NCBI GenBank assembly: GCA_964016885.1
Contig: OZ024750.1
Coordinates: 35,526,001-35,590,000, forward strand
Direction of reading: 5' to 3'
DNA from: Eledone cirrhosa
Taxonomy: Eukaryota
Length of the DNA: 64,000 bases
Part shown: in pieces, positions 22,580 through 34,822 of the stretch
Numbering within the stretch: position 1 is the first letter of the stretch
How the letters are laid out: every line of letters starts with the position of its first letter
Translations under genes and position numbers: made by a program
The notes under the pieces: generated by a model
Told to the model about the DNA's origin: nothing
Database searches by the model: none
What the model saw: the letters and a program-made list of their open reading frames with translations, nothing else

Positions 22580-22770
22580 AATGATGATAATGAGGTTAGT
22601 GGTGATTATGGCAGTGATGGTGGTGGTGGTGGTGGTGGTGGTGGTGGTGGTGGTGGTGGTGGTGGTGGTAGTGATGGAGGTTAGGATGATAGTGATGAGG
22701 ATGATGATGATTGATGATGATGATGATGATTGATGATGATGATGGTGGTGGTGGTGATGATGGCAATGGT
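22580..22770. repeat. (GGT)n/(GAT)n microsatellite
   Basis: direct inspection. Confidence 0.9.
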
Positions 22771-22851
22771 AGTCATTTGATTAAGTAATTTTATACACAA
22801 TATTTTTATTGAGATAATAACATTTTTTTTTTTATTTGACTTCTTATTTAA

Positions 22852-23142
22852 CACTTTAATGTTTAAACCGGCCAAAACCGGCCAGAATTCTCTACCCTTT
22901 TCTGTTGAAACTGGCTGTAACTGGTCACTCAAACTGATGTTAAGGTATTGTTCTCAAAATAAATACTTTTAAAATCTCATAGATTCGATATTATGTGAGA
23001 TATTATGTGTGGTAAAGCCTTTACCATGAAAATATAATAGTATATATAGAGTAATGTGAATGTTATGTGAGATATTATGTGAGGTAAAGCCTTTACCATG
23101 AAAATATAATGGTATATGTAGAGTAATATGAATGCTAAAGGG
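22852..23142 (-). mobile_element. piggyBac-type MITE with internal ~70-bp duplication
   Basis: TTAA-cactttaa...ctaaaggg-TTAA; homologous to 24698-24917. Confidence 0.88.
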
Positions 23143-23464
23143 TTAAATTAAAAATGTTAAAATTCATTGTAAAATAAATCTGATATAAGGATAAAGATAA
23201 AGATCCCATAACTCCTTGTGGAGTCATAGAATCACCTTCATACTGCATGTCTAGGGCACTTTTAAACCTGGCGGAGCCCAACTCTCTCCAGGTCTGAACA
23301 CAGTTGATTTTTTCTATAGAGGAAGAATTGACCCAGTACTGGACTGGTACTTTTTTTATTGTCCTCAAAAGGATGAAAGGCAAAGTTGACTATGGCGGGA
23401 ATTGAACTCAGAACGTGCAAGGAGGTGGGATAAACACCATAAAGTATTCTATCAGACGTCTTAA

Positions 23465-23812
23465 TCATCATTCATCATTTCATCATTTCATTTTACGTCC
23501 GCTTTTTCCCTGCTTGCAAGGGTGGGACGGGAACTGATTCTGGCTTGATTTCTACAGCTGGATGCCCTTCCTAACACCAACCTCATTTACAGTGAGTGCT
23601 GGGTGCTTTTTTTGCCGTGGCACCTCCACGACCACTTTGCAGTGGAATGATAGGGAGCCCAGTCCCTATCATCTCATTTCTACAGCTGAGTAAACTGGAG
23701 GAATGTGAAATAAAGTGTCTTGCTCAAGGAAACAACACATCACCCGGTCTGAGAATTGAACTCACAACCTTTTGATTGCAAGGCCAATGCTCTAACCACT
23801 CAGCTATGTGCC
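23465..23812 (-). mobile_element. SINE family B, full length, nested in an old SINE A (23325-23838)
   Basis: near-identical to 18477-18820. Confidence 0.92.
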
Positions 23813-24273
23813 TTAATGACTCTGCCAATTCACCACCTAACTCTGATATATCTATATCTAATTTATTTTATGTTCAATTTCTGAATAAGTGTCCACTTAG
23901 AAAATTTAGAAGTTCATTACACGACCAGTTTTCCCCAGATAGAAGAAAACAGTTCATGTTTTTTCAGTCTTTTCTTTATCTTCGGTTCTCATATCTTGTT
24001 TTCTTTTATATCAAAGCCATTTAATAATCTTTGATAATGTGTATAGCAGAGGCCTTGATACAGCAGAGTAATAAATATATCATACCTTTTTGTTTATCCG
24101 CTTTTATCTCGTAGTTTTCTATGCATTGTTTTATTCATCTTTTGAGACTTCTCTTCGTGATAAATGAAGTTCCTACACTAACACACAAATACACACTTAC
24201 ATACACACATATATGTGTGTGTATATATATATATATATATGAATAGAATTGTAAAAATATATATATCTGTATA

Positions 24274-24350
<77 letters not shown>

Positions 24351-24442
24351 TATAAGATATTGCTTTTAACTAGCTGCATACTGTTGTTTCTTTTAACAGC
24401 TGCAATTGTTTTTTAACATCTCATCTAGAGTGTTTACTTTAC

Positions 24443-24558
24443 CTTTGAGGATTAATGTGGAACAAATTATTTCTGGCTTTTGTTTGTGAGTAGATAAATC
24501 TATGTCAAGATTTGAATATATCTTGGACAGATTTACAACACAGTTTTGTTTTGGGATA
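24443..24558 (-). other. Candidate exon
   Basis: ttgttttttAG acceptor, AAAG|GTAAAG donor, one open frame IPKQNCVVNLSKIYSNLDIDLSTHKQKPEIICSTLILK. Confidence 0.2.
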
Positions 24559-24697
24559 CTAAAAAACAATGAGTAAACAATCATGAAAGATAAATTGTGT
24601 ATTATTCATCTATCTCCTGCTTTGTCTTCTGAATTCTACTTGAGTTAACCTTTATTTTTTTTCAAATTATTATTTTTTTTCCTATAGTTCCAATTAA

Positions 24698-24917
24698 CCC
24701 TTTAGCATTCACATTACTTTATATATACTATTATATTTTCATGGTAAATGCTTTATCTTAATAAATTATCTCACATAATGTCGAATCTATGAGATTTTGA
24801 AAGTATTTATTTTGAGAACAATACCTTAACATCAGTTTGAGTGACCAGTTACTGCCAGTTTCAACAGAAAAAGGTAGAGAATTGTGGCCGGTTTGGGCCG
24901 GTTTGATCATTAAAGGG
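24698..24917 (+). mobile_element. piggyBac-type MITE (~220 bp)
   Basis: TTAA-CCCTTTA...TAAAGGG-TTAA. Confidence 0.92.
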
Positions 24918-25263
24918 TTAAAGTCAGCTATATTTTATCAGGAGTTCTCCCGATATAAGAAACAGATATATTGATACATTATATATCTTTCTGATAGGTT
25001 CCTTTCAGCCACTATATAAGAACTAATATGCTGTCATAATTGATCTTTACTGATTCAGAAGTTAAGGGCCGAAACACTTGTTTAAGGGGTTGGGAGTGGT
25101 GTCTTTTCTGAAGACCTTCTGCTATCCAGCTCTCCTGAGAGTTTCTTACCATTAAGAAACAGAAATGTCCATCCATTATATACCAATTTTGATCTTTAAG
25201 GATTTAATATTGTTAATATGGGAATATATTGAAACATAAAATAATTTTCATTTTATTTATAGT

Positions 25264-25660
25264 TCATCATCTGGCCATCATCTGACCATCATCTCATCAT
25301 CATCTGGTCATCATCTAATCATTATTTGATCATCATCTGGTCATCATCTGATAATCAACTGATCATTATCTGGTCATCGTCTGACCATCATCTGGTTATC
25401 ATCTGGTCACCATCTGGTCATCAACTGCTCATCATCAGATCATCACCTGGTCATCATCTGGTCACCATCTGGTCATCAACTAATCACTATCTGGTCATCA
25501 TCTGACCATCATCTGGTTATCATCTGTCATCATCTAGTCATCATCTGGTCATCATCTGACCATCATCTGGTCATCATCTGGTTATCCTCTGGTTATCATC
25601 AGATCATCACCTGGTCATCATCAGATCATCATCTGGTCACCATCTGGTCATCATCTGGTT
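25264..25660. repeat. Degenerate 11-bp tandem repeat CATCATCTGGT
   Basis: ~35 units. Confidence 0.92.
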
Positions 25661-25825
25661 CCTCCAGCTTCATGGCAACAGGCCACAAATATATGTATCA
25701 GTATATACAGTAGAAGTTAAGGGCTGACACATTCGCTTGAGGACGGGGGGAGGGGGGGGGGGTTCTTTTCTGAAGAACTTCTGATGTCTTCTGATGTCCA
25801 GCTCTCCTGAGAGTTTCTTACCAAC

Positions 25826-27023
25826 AATAGTGTAAACTCACACTAGTATATATAGTGTAAACACACACTAGTATATATAGTGTAAACACACACTAGTATA
25901 TATAATAGTGTAAACACACACTAGTATATATAGTGTAAACACACACTAGTATATATAATAGTGTAAACACACACTAGTATATATGGTGTAACACACACTA
26001 GTATATATAGTGTAAACACACACTAGTATATATAATAGTGTAAACTCACACTAGTAAATATAATAGTGTAAACACACACTAGTATATATAATAGTGTAAA
26101 CACACACTAGTATATATAATAGTGTAAACACACACTAGTATATATAGTGTAAACACACACTAGTATATATAATAGTGTAAACACACACTAGTATATATAG
26201 TGTAAACACATACTAGTATATATAATAGTGTAAACACACACTAGTATATATAGTGTAAACACACACTAGTATATATAATAGTGTAAACACACACTAGTAT
26301 ATATAATAGTGTAAACACACACTAGTATATATATATAGTGTAAACACACACTAGTATATATAGTGTAAACACACACTAGTATATATAATAGTGTAAACAC
26401 ACACTAGTATATATATAGTGTAAACACACACTAGTATATATAGTGTAGACACACACTAGTATATATAGTGTAAACACACACTAGTATATATATAATAGTG
26501 TAAACACACACTAGTATATATAGTGTAAACACACACTAGTATATATAGTGTAAACACACACTAGTATATATAGTGTAAACACACACTAGTATATATAGTG
26601 TAAACACACACTAGTATATATAATAGTGTAAACACACACTAGTATATATAGTGTAAACACACACTAGTATATATAATAGTGTAAACACACACTAGTATAT
26701 ACAATAGTATAAACACACACTAGTATATATAATAGTATAAACACACACTAGTATATATAATAGTGAAAACACACACTAGTATATATAATAGTGTAAACAC
26801 ACACTAGTATATATAATAGTGTAAACACACACTAGTATATATAATTGTGTAAACACACACTAGTATATATAATAGTGAAAACACACACTAGTATATATAA
26901 TAGTGTAAACACACACTAGTATATATATATAGTGTAAACACACACTAGTATATATAATAGTGTAAACACACACTAGTATATATAATAGTGTAAACACATG
27001 CTAGCATATATAAAAGTGTAAAC
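25826..27023. repeat. 27-32-bp minisatellite TAGTGTAAACACACACTAGTATATA(TAA)
   Basis: ~40 units, each with ACTAGT. Confidence 0.97.
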
Positions 27024-27635
27024 TTGTCACACATTTTATTGTATTTAAAAAAAATTCGAACCCTTGAATATAATAAATGTTAATAAAAAGAATCATTAAT
27101 AAAAATTCAAACTCTTGAATGTAAGGAAGAAGACAAAGTTATTTAGTAACTATTTCAATACAGGAATGAAGGAGAATATACTAGAACCTAAATTCAAAAT
27201 TGAGTTTATTAAGTACATGGTAATTCTTGAGTTCATATAGGATTTCTCTCAGTCCATTTCTAAAGTTTCAATTCCTTGCTTAATTATATACACGCTGCAT
27301 GAATATAAATATACTCTAAACAATATTGTATTTATATAGTAGCAACATTCCAAACTTAATGAAATAAGGTCAACAAGAACTTGATACTCTTAAATAGAAA
27401 TACCAACTTGCTTATTATATACATAGTAGTTGGTATTTTAAATTGGAGAAAAATATTTGAAAGACAAAAGAGATTAAATGCAAGAAAATAAAACATTGGA
27501 AAATATTTAACGAGGAGGCTGGCATTGGAATTTAGATAGGTTTGAATGAAATTGTTTAAATATGTTTAAATTAAAAGATTTATTACAGGTGAAATGTGAG
27601 GAAAAATAATAAAAATTCAATATTTAAAAAATATA

Positions 27636-27828
27636 AATAATAATTGTTTCTACTTTTGGCACAAGGCCAGCAAATTACCTAGTGCATTACTATTACTTTA
27701 TTTTATCAACCCAGTAAGGATGAAAGGCAAAGTTAACCTCGGCAGGATTTGAATTCAGAATGACAAGGGCCATAACTTAATGCGTCAAAGCATGGCGTCC
27801 AACCCTCTACCGATACTGCCAATCCACC
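27636..27828 (-). mobile_element. SINE family A
   Basis: reverse copy. Confidence 0.9.
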
Positions 27829-27868
27829 AAATAATAATGGAATTATATTTGGAACATGGTGAGCGAAG

Positions 27869-28128
27869 TTTAGAATTGAAATAGAAATAGAAACTTTGCT
27901 TTAATATTTTTGACTATAATATAGTCTAATAATGGGACGTATAAACCCACAGAATGGAAAAAGATGTGTATCAGCTCCCATGAGACTGAAACCCATGAGA
28001 CTGAAAGCCATACCTCTTGTTTGTCAGATGAGTACTTTTTCCATTCAGTGAGTTTATATGCCCCATTATTAAACTATATTATATAGTCAATGTTATGGTG
28101 AAGCTTCTATTTCTATTTTAATTCTAAA
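27869..28128. mobile_element. Fold-back/MITE-like element with ~95-bp imperfect arms
   Basis: tttagaattgaaatagaaatagaa...gaatggaaaaag vs ctttttccattc...ttctatttctattttaattctaaa. Confidence 0.8.
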
Positions 28129-28303
28129 TAATAATTGTTTCTACTTTAGGCACAAGGCCAGCAATTACACAGTTCATTACTGGTACTTTATTTTATCGAC
28201 CCCGTAAGGATGAAAGGCAAAGTCAACCTCGGATCGTAAAGGGACGTAACTATGGTGGAAAGCATGGCATCCGACCCTCTACCGATACTGCCAATCTACC
28301 ACC
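28129..28303 (-). mobile_element. SINE family A (B box deleted)
   Basis: reverse copy, TSD attctaaataataat. Confidence 0.88.
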
Positions 28304-28321
28304 CGTTATTCTAAATAATAA

Positions 28322-28868
28322 TATAGGTGTATTAGTGCTCCAACATGGTGATATACATATGTATGTACGTATTGCATATTTAATAATACATGAAATATAG
28401 GTGTATTGGTGCTCCAACATGGTGGTATACATATTTATGTACATATTGCATATTTAATAATACATGAGATATTGGTGCTCCAACATGGTGGTATACATAT
28501 TTATGTACATATTGCATATTTAATAATACATGAGATATTGGTGCTCCAACATGGTGGTATACATATGTATGTATTGCATATTTAATAATTGTTTCTACTT
28601 TTTTGGCACAAGGCCAGCAATTACCCAGTACATTACTGGTACTTTATTTTATCGACCCCGGAAGGATGAAAGGCAAAGTTAACCTCGGCGGGATTTGAAC
28701 TCAGACCGTAAAGGGACGTAACTATGCTGGAAAGCATGGCGTCCAACTCCCTACCGATACTGCCAATCCACAGGTGTATTGGTGCTCTAACATGGTGGTA
28801 TAGGTGTATTGGTGCTCCAACATGGTGGTATACATATGTACGTATTGCATATTTAATAATACATGAGA
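28322..28868. repeat. ~65-72-bp tandem repeat interrupted by SINE A
   Basis: tattggtgctccaacatggtggtatacatat...attgcatatttaataatacatga; six copies of the head motif. Confidence 0.9.
28584..28771 (-). mobile_element. SINE family A
   Basis: reverse copy. Confidence 0.9.
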
Positions 28869-29089
28869 TGTTTATGAAAAACATTTGGAAGGCCTTTTGC
28901 TATGAATTTTAAGGTTGTGACGATCGTCACATACCTAGCTTCAGCAAAAGCAGGAGGAAGTAGTTGACGATACCACTCTTTCTCACTTATCAGTGTTTAT
29001 CAAGATTACATATCTCCCTTCCTTTGCTGAAACGAAACTAAACTAGATTCTTATAGAATTCTGCTTATGTTTATGAGCTGATGAAACTC

Positions 29090-29158
29090 ATTTGCATACA
29101 GAGCCCGGCAGAGTAGTGAGAAAAAGAGGAAAGAAGAAAAACAAGAATAGGTGTAAGT
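29090..29158 (+). promoter_or_regulatory. Octamer motif ATTTGCAT followed by a purine-rich segment and a consensus donor GTAAGT (possible first exon)
   Basis: ATTTGCAT at 29090-29097, GTAAGT at 29153-29158, in non-repetitive DNA. Confidence 0.2.
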
Positions 29159-29654
29159 ATTTGTTTTATGTATTGTTTGACTAAAATGGCATGTAGTACT
29201 AACTTGAAGATGCTAATTTTTAGCTGCTATTAATACCTTCACTGGCTGTGATGTAGCTTTTAATTCTGTTTCAAAGTAACTCAGCAGCTTTTCATGTCAA
29301 TTTTATGACATTTTGTAAGCAGCTAAGAAGCTTTTATGACATAATTAGATGTCATAAAATGACAACAACAACATCAATAAGGAGTGGATATGAATTAATC
29401 TTAAAACATCAAAGTTAATTTTGTATGACAGATTAGGCTGTGTAATACAATTAAATAGAAACTATGGGTATAATGTAATATTAAATAAAGAAAAAAGGAA
29501 GACATGCGTGTGAAGTAACCCTTTTATGTGGTGCAGTAGAAATGACATACCAGCCAGGACTGGATTTAATGGGGAGCAATTGATATGTAAAATTGGGGGG
29601 TTTGCTGTGTATTCTAATTTTTTGTGTATGAGGAACAAAGAAAAGAAAAAGAGA

Positions 29655-29900
29655 TCATAACTCCAATACTATGGGCATGTGGTTAGAATGTCTCAGGAAA
29701 GAATCACTGGACAGGAGACCCAACTGGCAGGAGACCCAGGGGTAGACCTCGACCAAGATGGTTGGATAACATCCAGGAGCTGGGCTAGTTGCACTTGGGG
29801 ATCCAGTCAGATCAGTTGGAGACGGTTGCTTCTGACAGGACCCTCTGGAAGAAGTGTTTGAGGATTCTGTTCCCATGACCCTCTCAGGAATAAGTGGGCA
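29655..29900 (+). mobile_element. RTE LINE 3' end (second family)
   Basis: LQYYGHVVRMSQER...GRRPRGRPRPRWLDNI...VASDRTLWKKCL. Confidence 0.8.
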
Positions 29901-30611
29901 AAAAAGAAGAAGTGTATGAGCCCTCCTTTGGCAAGGTCTATATCCAACCCTGATACCAGTTACCACAACATGTGTAATTTCCTTATTGAAATCTTCTTCT
30001 GTTGTAAATCAATCAATTATTTACTGTTAGTAGCTGTCCAATTTAGCCACTCACTGTGAGAAGCAACAGAACTTTCAAATGTAATTTCAAAATCACACAG
30101 AGGTTAATAAATAAGATGTATGTAACAATGTATACCTATAGTAATGTGTTATAACACCATGGAGAAAATTAAAAGGATACACTGATTTCTGAGTGCAATA
30201 AATGAAAGATTATGATTTTAAAAATAATTTAATAATATATTTTATTCAATCAAATCTCTTGCAGTTTTGGTAATACAATTAATTATAGAATACTGGCTTC
30301 GATATATTTTGAACCTTTATATATAATGTCTTTATAAGAATCTAACAGTGAATGAATTAATAATTTTTACAAGTAAAATTTGTTGTTGTCATTCTAAATT
30401 GCAGAACTGAATATAATTAAATTTCTTTCCATCTTGGCAAGGAAGTTTAATCTATGTATGATGTTACTTGTACATTTTAATATAATCCATTAATATTTAG
30501 ATATGTTTAACATAGACATATCAATGTAAGAGATATAAAGATATAGAGAGATGTGTAAAAAGATATAGATAGCTTCAGATCGCTTATATATATTGGAAGA
30601 CTTAGTTTTGT

Positions 30612-30798
30612 TAATAATTGTTTCTACTTTTGGTACAAGGCCAGCAATTACCCAGTGTATTACTGGTACTTTATTTTATCGACCCCGTAAGGATGAAAGG
30701 CAAAGTTAACCTCGGCGGGATTTGAACCCAGAATGGCAAGGGCCGTAACTCTATGTGTCAATGCATGGCATCCGACACTCTACCGATACTGCCAATCC
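30612..30798 (-). mobile_element. SINE family A
   Basis: reverse copy. Confidence 0.9.
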
Positions 30799-30799
30799 A

Positions 30800-31550
30800 T
30801 AATAATGGTTTCTTTATTGGCCACAAGGGCTAACATGAAGGAAAACATTACAGACTGCACAATGGTACAGGACGATACAAAGTGGGTTTTGGCCGTCATT
30901 TCATGCGACAGCAACTGTTCGACATAGCCGCACAAGTCAGCAATGCTCAGGCACTGAACGAGTGCGTGCACGATGGTTTCGTCGCTCTGTGTGAATCTCA
31001 GACAGGTTCGGCTGACGGCACTTCCATGCCTGTAGAGTTTATCTCGACCTGGTAATGCTCCCCGGTAGCACTGCCAGGCCAGGGATTTCTGGAAGTTGTT
31101 CATAGGTCCCGGACTGAAAGTTCTCTTGAAGAGAGCGAACAGCTGATCGTCTTCGACACCCAGGGTCTCCCAGAGAACGTTGTCCATCTTCCCCTCCACT
31201 AATCCTCTATGGAACGCCAAGGTGGATGTCCCACTGATACTAGTGCCCAGCTGGTAGAAGGATGTGAGCACTTGGAGACATCCCAGCTTCCAAACGCTAT
31301 CCCCCGGTCTTTTCCTGATCCAAGACTGCAGCTCCGTTAATGAGACGAGTTGGGGAAAAACATGTCTTGGAAACGGTGACCGCACCTGTTCACCGTCGAG
31401 GAAGAGGTGGAGATGCCATAGCCTGAGTGAATGTTTGCACATCAGCCACGGTATGCTCAGCCCTCCACATAGCGGGTGTTGACTGCAAATGGACCACCTG
31501 ACCATCGGAGCGCGTCCCTTCCACAAAAAGTGAAAGAATAAACGCTCCAA
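30800..31550 (-). mobile_element. Tx1/L1-type LINE ORF2 C-terminal region and 3' end
   Basis: LERLFFHFLWKG...FQKSLAWQCYRGALP...TCLRFTQSDETIVHALVQC; 3' end cttgtggccaataaagaaacc. Confidence 0.9.
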
Positions 31551-32038
31551 TGCACAAGGAGGACAAGATAGATAATTTCAAGCCCATAACTCTGCTAAAC
31601 GCAGATTTCAAGATTTTGGCCAAGGTGCTAGCAATGAGGTTGGCACTTGTCATCGGTGGTCTGGTGGGAGAGGCACAGACATGTGCCATTCCAGACAGCT
31701 CTATCCATGACAACTTCCACCTCATGTGATACATTGTGGAGAGGGTAGCTAACGAACCTGGCACGGGAAGGGCCCTTGATCAATTTAGGTCAGTCGAAAG
31801 CTTTTGAAAGGATCGACCATCATTATCAGGTGGTGGTCATGAGGGCGGCTAGCTTTGGGCCCATCTTCATTGACTGGATCGATGCCATGCACAGCGACAT
31901 CTGCTCTGTCATGAGAGTGAACGGTCACCTTTCGGAACCGTTCAACATCATCCGCTCGGTCCGCCAAGGATGTCCCCTCTCATCCCTGTTGTACGTATTG
32001 ACTCTCAAGCCATTACTGCACAAACTGGAGACTGAAAA
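31551..32038 (+). mobile_element. Tx1/L1-type reverse transcriptase fragment (inverted relative to 30800-31550)
   Basis: NFKPITLLNADFKILAKVLA, INLGQSKAFERIDH, RSVRQGCPLSSLLYVL. Confidence 0.92.
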
Positions 32039-32039
32039 A

Positions 32040-32512
32040 TAGATGCAAATAGACCTGATATAGTACTGAGGGACTTTAAAAAGAGGGTATGCCTGCTAAT
32101 TGATATGTTCTTTCCAATAGACAAGAATGTATCTATAAGAACATTTGAAAAATTGAGCAAGTATAAAGTCCTGGAGATAGAGATTGGAAAAATGTGGAAG
32201 TTGGGAACTAAAACAATACCAGTGGTTGTAGGCGCTCTAGGAATGATACCTAAGGGGTCTAATGACTACTTATCCCAAATCCCAGGAAACCCGCATATAG
32301 AAGAATTACAAAAGATAGTGTTAATGGGAACTGCCCATATACTAAGGAAGATTTTGTCAATATAAGTACATCACAAGTCTAAACACCTAAAGATGCATGC
32401 GTGTGTGTATGTGTTCTTTCTTGAACATTGCGGACCTTGTTGTCTCTTGAGGTCACTGGTTGTGACTTGGTCATAACTCGTATGGCCATAAAGCAAGATA
32501 AATGAAATAATA
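32040..32512 (+). mobile_element. R4/Dong-like LINE 3' end (restriction-like endonuclease)
   Basis: ANRPDIVL...LLIDMFFP...EKLSKYKVLEIEIGKMW...IPVVVGALG...ELQKIVLMGTAHILRKIL*; ends in aataataat. Confidence 0.92.
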
Positions 32513-32632
32513 ATTATTTCTACTTTTGGCACAAGGCCAGCAATTATCTCAGTGCATTACAGGTACTTTATTTTATCGACCCCGTAAGGATGAAAGGCAA
32601 AGTTAACCCTGCTGGGGTTTGAACTCAGACCA
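32507..32632 (-). mobile_element. SINE family A, 5'-truncated
   Basis: 3' two-thirds of the consensus. Confidence 0.85.
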
Positions 32633-32847
32633 TAAATGAAATTATAATAATAATAAACAAAACAAAAAAGAAAAAAACATTGCTAACCAATCCATTGAGA
32701 AAATATAAGACAATTGCAAATTACATAACAAGCTTACACTCAGTAGGCACCTCTTAATCCAATATACACCCCCACACACACTACACCTCCATTCTACTTC
32801 CGCCCACACCATCCTTACTCTGTTAATTTATGTTGGTACCACAAAAC

Positions 32848-33050
32848 ATCCAGCCCACACTGTAAAGTGGTCGTGTAGGAGACACAGCAAAAAGCACCCA
32901 GCACACACTGTATTCTAGCCATAGAAAACCATCCAGAAACAGTCCTATACAAGCGAACACAGCCACTTGACCTAACTTGCCTCAAATTGGGACAAACCCG
33001 TCTAACCCATGCTAATGTGGAAGATAGATGTTAAACAATGATGATGATAA
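32848..33050 (+). mobile_element. RTE-type SINE 3' part, diverged
   Basis: cacactgtaaagtggtcgtg...ccgtctaacccatgct...(GAT)n. Confidence 0.75.
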
Positions 33051-33330
33051 TAATAAACAAAATAGTGTTCTTGCCAACATAATAAATAAAACAGTCTTCT
33101 TGCCAACACTGCCCTCATCCTTCACAGAACCTTTTCTGCATGATAACCCAAATCAAAAGATATTGTATATTTTGAAAACAATATTATATTTTTCAAAGAT
33201 GATAAGATGGGATTCTAGCCATATTGACTTTTTGATAATATGTCTGTTAATTGTGGGGTGTTCATCACTAAAAGATCTTTGGTGTGTTTATTAATATGTT
33301 TATTGAATTTGGAATGTTCACCATTTGATA

Positions 33331-33885
33331 ATGTCTATTGAATTTGGGGTGTTCACCACCAGAAGTCCTGTGATATGTCTATTGAATTTGGGATGTTCAC
33401 CACCAGAAGTCCTGTGATATGTCTATTAAATTTGGGGTGTACACCACCAGAAGTCGTTTGATATGTCTATTAAATTTGGGGTGTACACCACCAGAAGTCC
33501 TTTGATATGTCTATTAAATTTGGGGTGTACACCACCAGAAGTCGTTTGATATGTCTATTAAATTTGGGGTGTACACCACCAGAAGTCCTTTGATATGTCT
33601 ATTAAATTTGGGGTGTTCACCACCAGAAGTCCTGTGATATGTCTATTAAATTTGGGGTGTTCACCACCAGAAGTCCTTTGATATGTCTATTAAATTTGGG
33701 GTGTTCACCACCAGAAGTCCTGTGATATGTCTATTAAATTTGGGGTGTACACCACCAGAAGTCCTTTGATATGTCTATTAAATTTGGGGTGTTCACCACC
33801 AGAAGTCCTTTCATGTTTCTATTAAATTTGGGATGTTCATTATTGAAAGACCTTTGACAATATGTCTATTGAATCTGGGATGGTC
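33331..33885. repeat. 44-bp minisatellite, 11 full units plus decayed edges
   Basis: atgtctattaaatttggggtgtacaccaccagaagtcctttgat; period 44 from 33331 to 33771. Confidence 0.95.
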
Positions 33886-34483
33886 ACATTACTGGTACTT
33901 CTTAATATTTTAAAAGGTTTCTTAAATTTATTGAACAATATGGTTTTTCTTGTAATTTCCTAAATAAATATCAATCTTGGGTTTGTTTCAATATTCTTTA
34001 TGCTTTTCCATTCCATTTTCACTAAATCAATAATGTTTTCCTGTTTAATGGAATTAACAAAACTATGTTAAATAAATAAGTGAAAGTTCACTTGTAAGAT
34101 TATTTTTCTTGAATAAAATATGTTCCAATCAATCAGCTAATCAATCAGCCTAGATAAGCCAACATTTCGACAATTACAACAATTGTCAAGTTTATATCAG
34201 TTTAAGACATCTTAAAACTTTCAACAGATGATAATATTTGCTGTCAGAATATTTTTTTTTTAGATCTGGATAGAAACTGACAAACAAAGAACAGTTAGCT
34301 GTAAAATTCTTTAGAAATAGGTTTTAATTAATTAAAGAAATTAATTTTTAAATATAGTTTATCTAATGGAATCTTAAACCAATAATCTTCTTAAAAAATG
34401 TTGATGAGCAAAGCTAATTCTTTTCACATTGTCTTCTGTTTTTGTTCAACATTCTCCAAAACATTTTATTATTGCACCTAAGA

Positions 34484-34745
34484 GGAGGGTGGTGGATTGG
34501 TAGTAATAGGTAGAGTGTCAGACAACATGCTTTGTGGCATATAACTACTGATTTTTTACAAAATGTTGGTGGCATTTACTTTTGGTTCTTTACATACTGA
34601 GTTCAAATCCTGATACGGTCAACTTTGTCTTTTATCCTCTGAGGGGTCAAAAAAATAAAATACCAGTCATGAACTGAGCTCAATGTAATTGACTGTTCCC
34701 TCCTTCAAATTGCTGGCATTGAGCCTAAAGTAGAAATCTTTATTA
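34484..34745 (+). mobile_element. SINE family A, older long subfamily
   Basis: ggtggattgg...gagttcaaatcc...gtagaaa. Confidence 0.75.
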
Positions 34746-34822
34746 TGCTTAAAAGAACTGTAGTAGAAATGAAATGGTAAATTGTCAGACTTGTGATATT
34801 TACTTATGTCTCTGTGAGGTTA

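Noticed and set aside
25050-25085. ggccGAAAC-actt-GTT as a hammerhead
   Set aside because: No CUGANGA or stem II partner upstream, and not conserved in the second copy at 25712.
25264-25660. Coding HHLVIIWSSSG repeat from the 11-mer
   Set aside because: Frequent ctga/ctaa variants introduce stops; no long ORF.
25826-27023. Telomeric or centromeric satellite
   Set aside because: No TTAGGG; the array is only 1.2 kb and embedded among interspersed repeats.
28960-29010. SECIS element
   Set aside because: UGAN/NGAN opposition is present, but there is no preceding A, no apical AA, and no selenoprotein ORF nearby.
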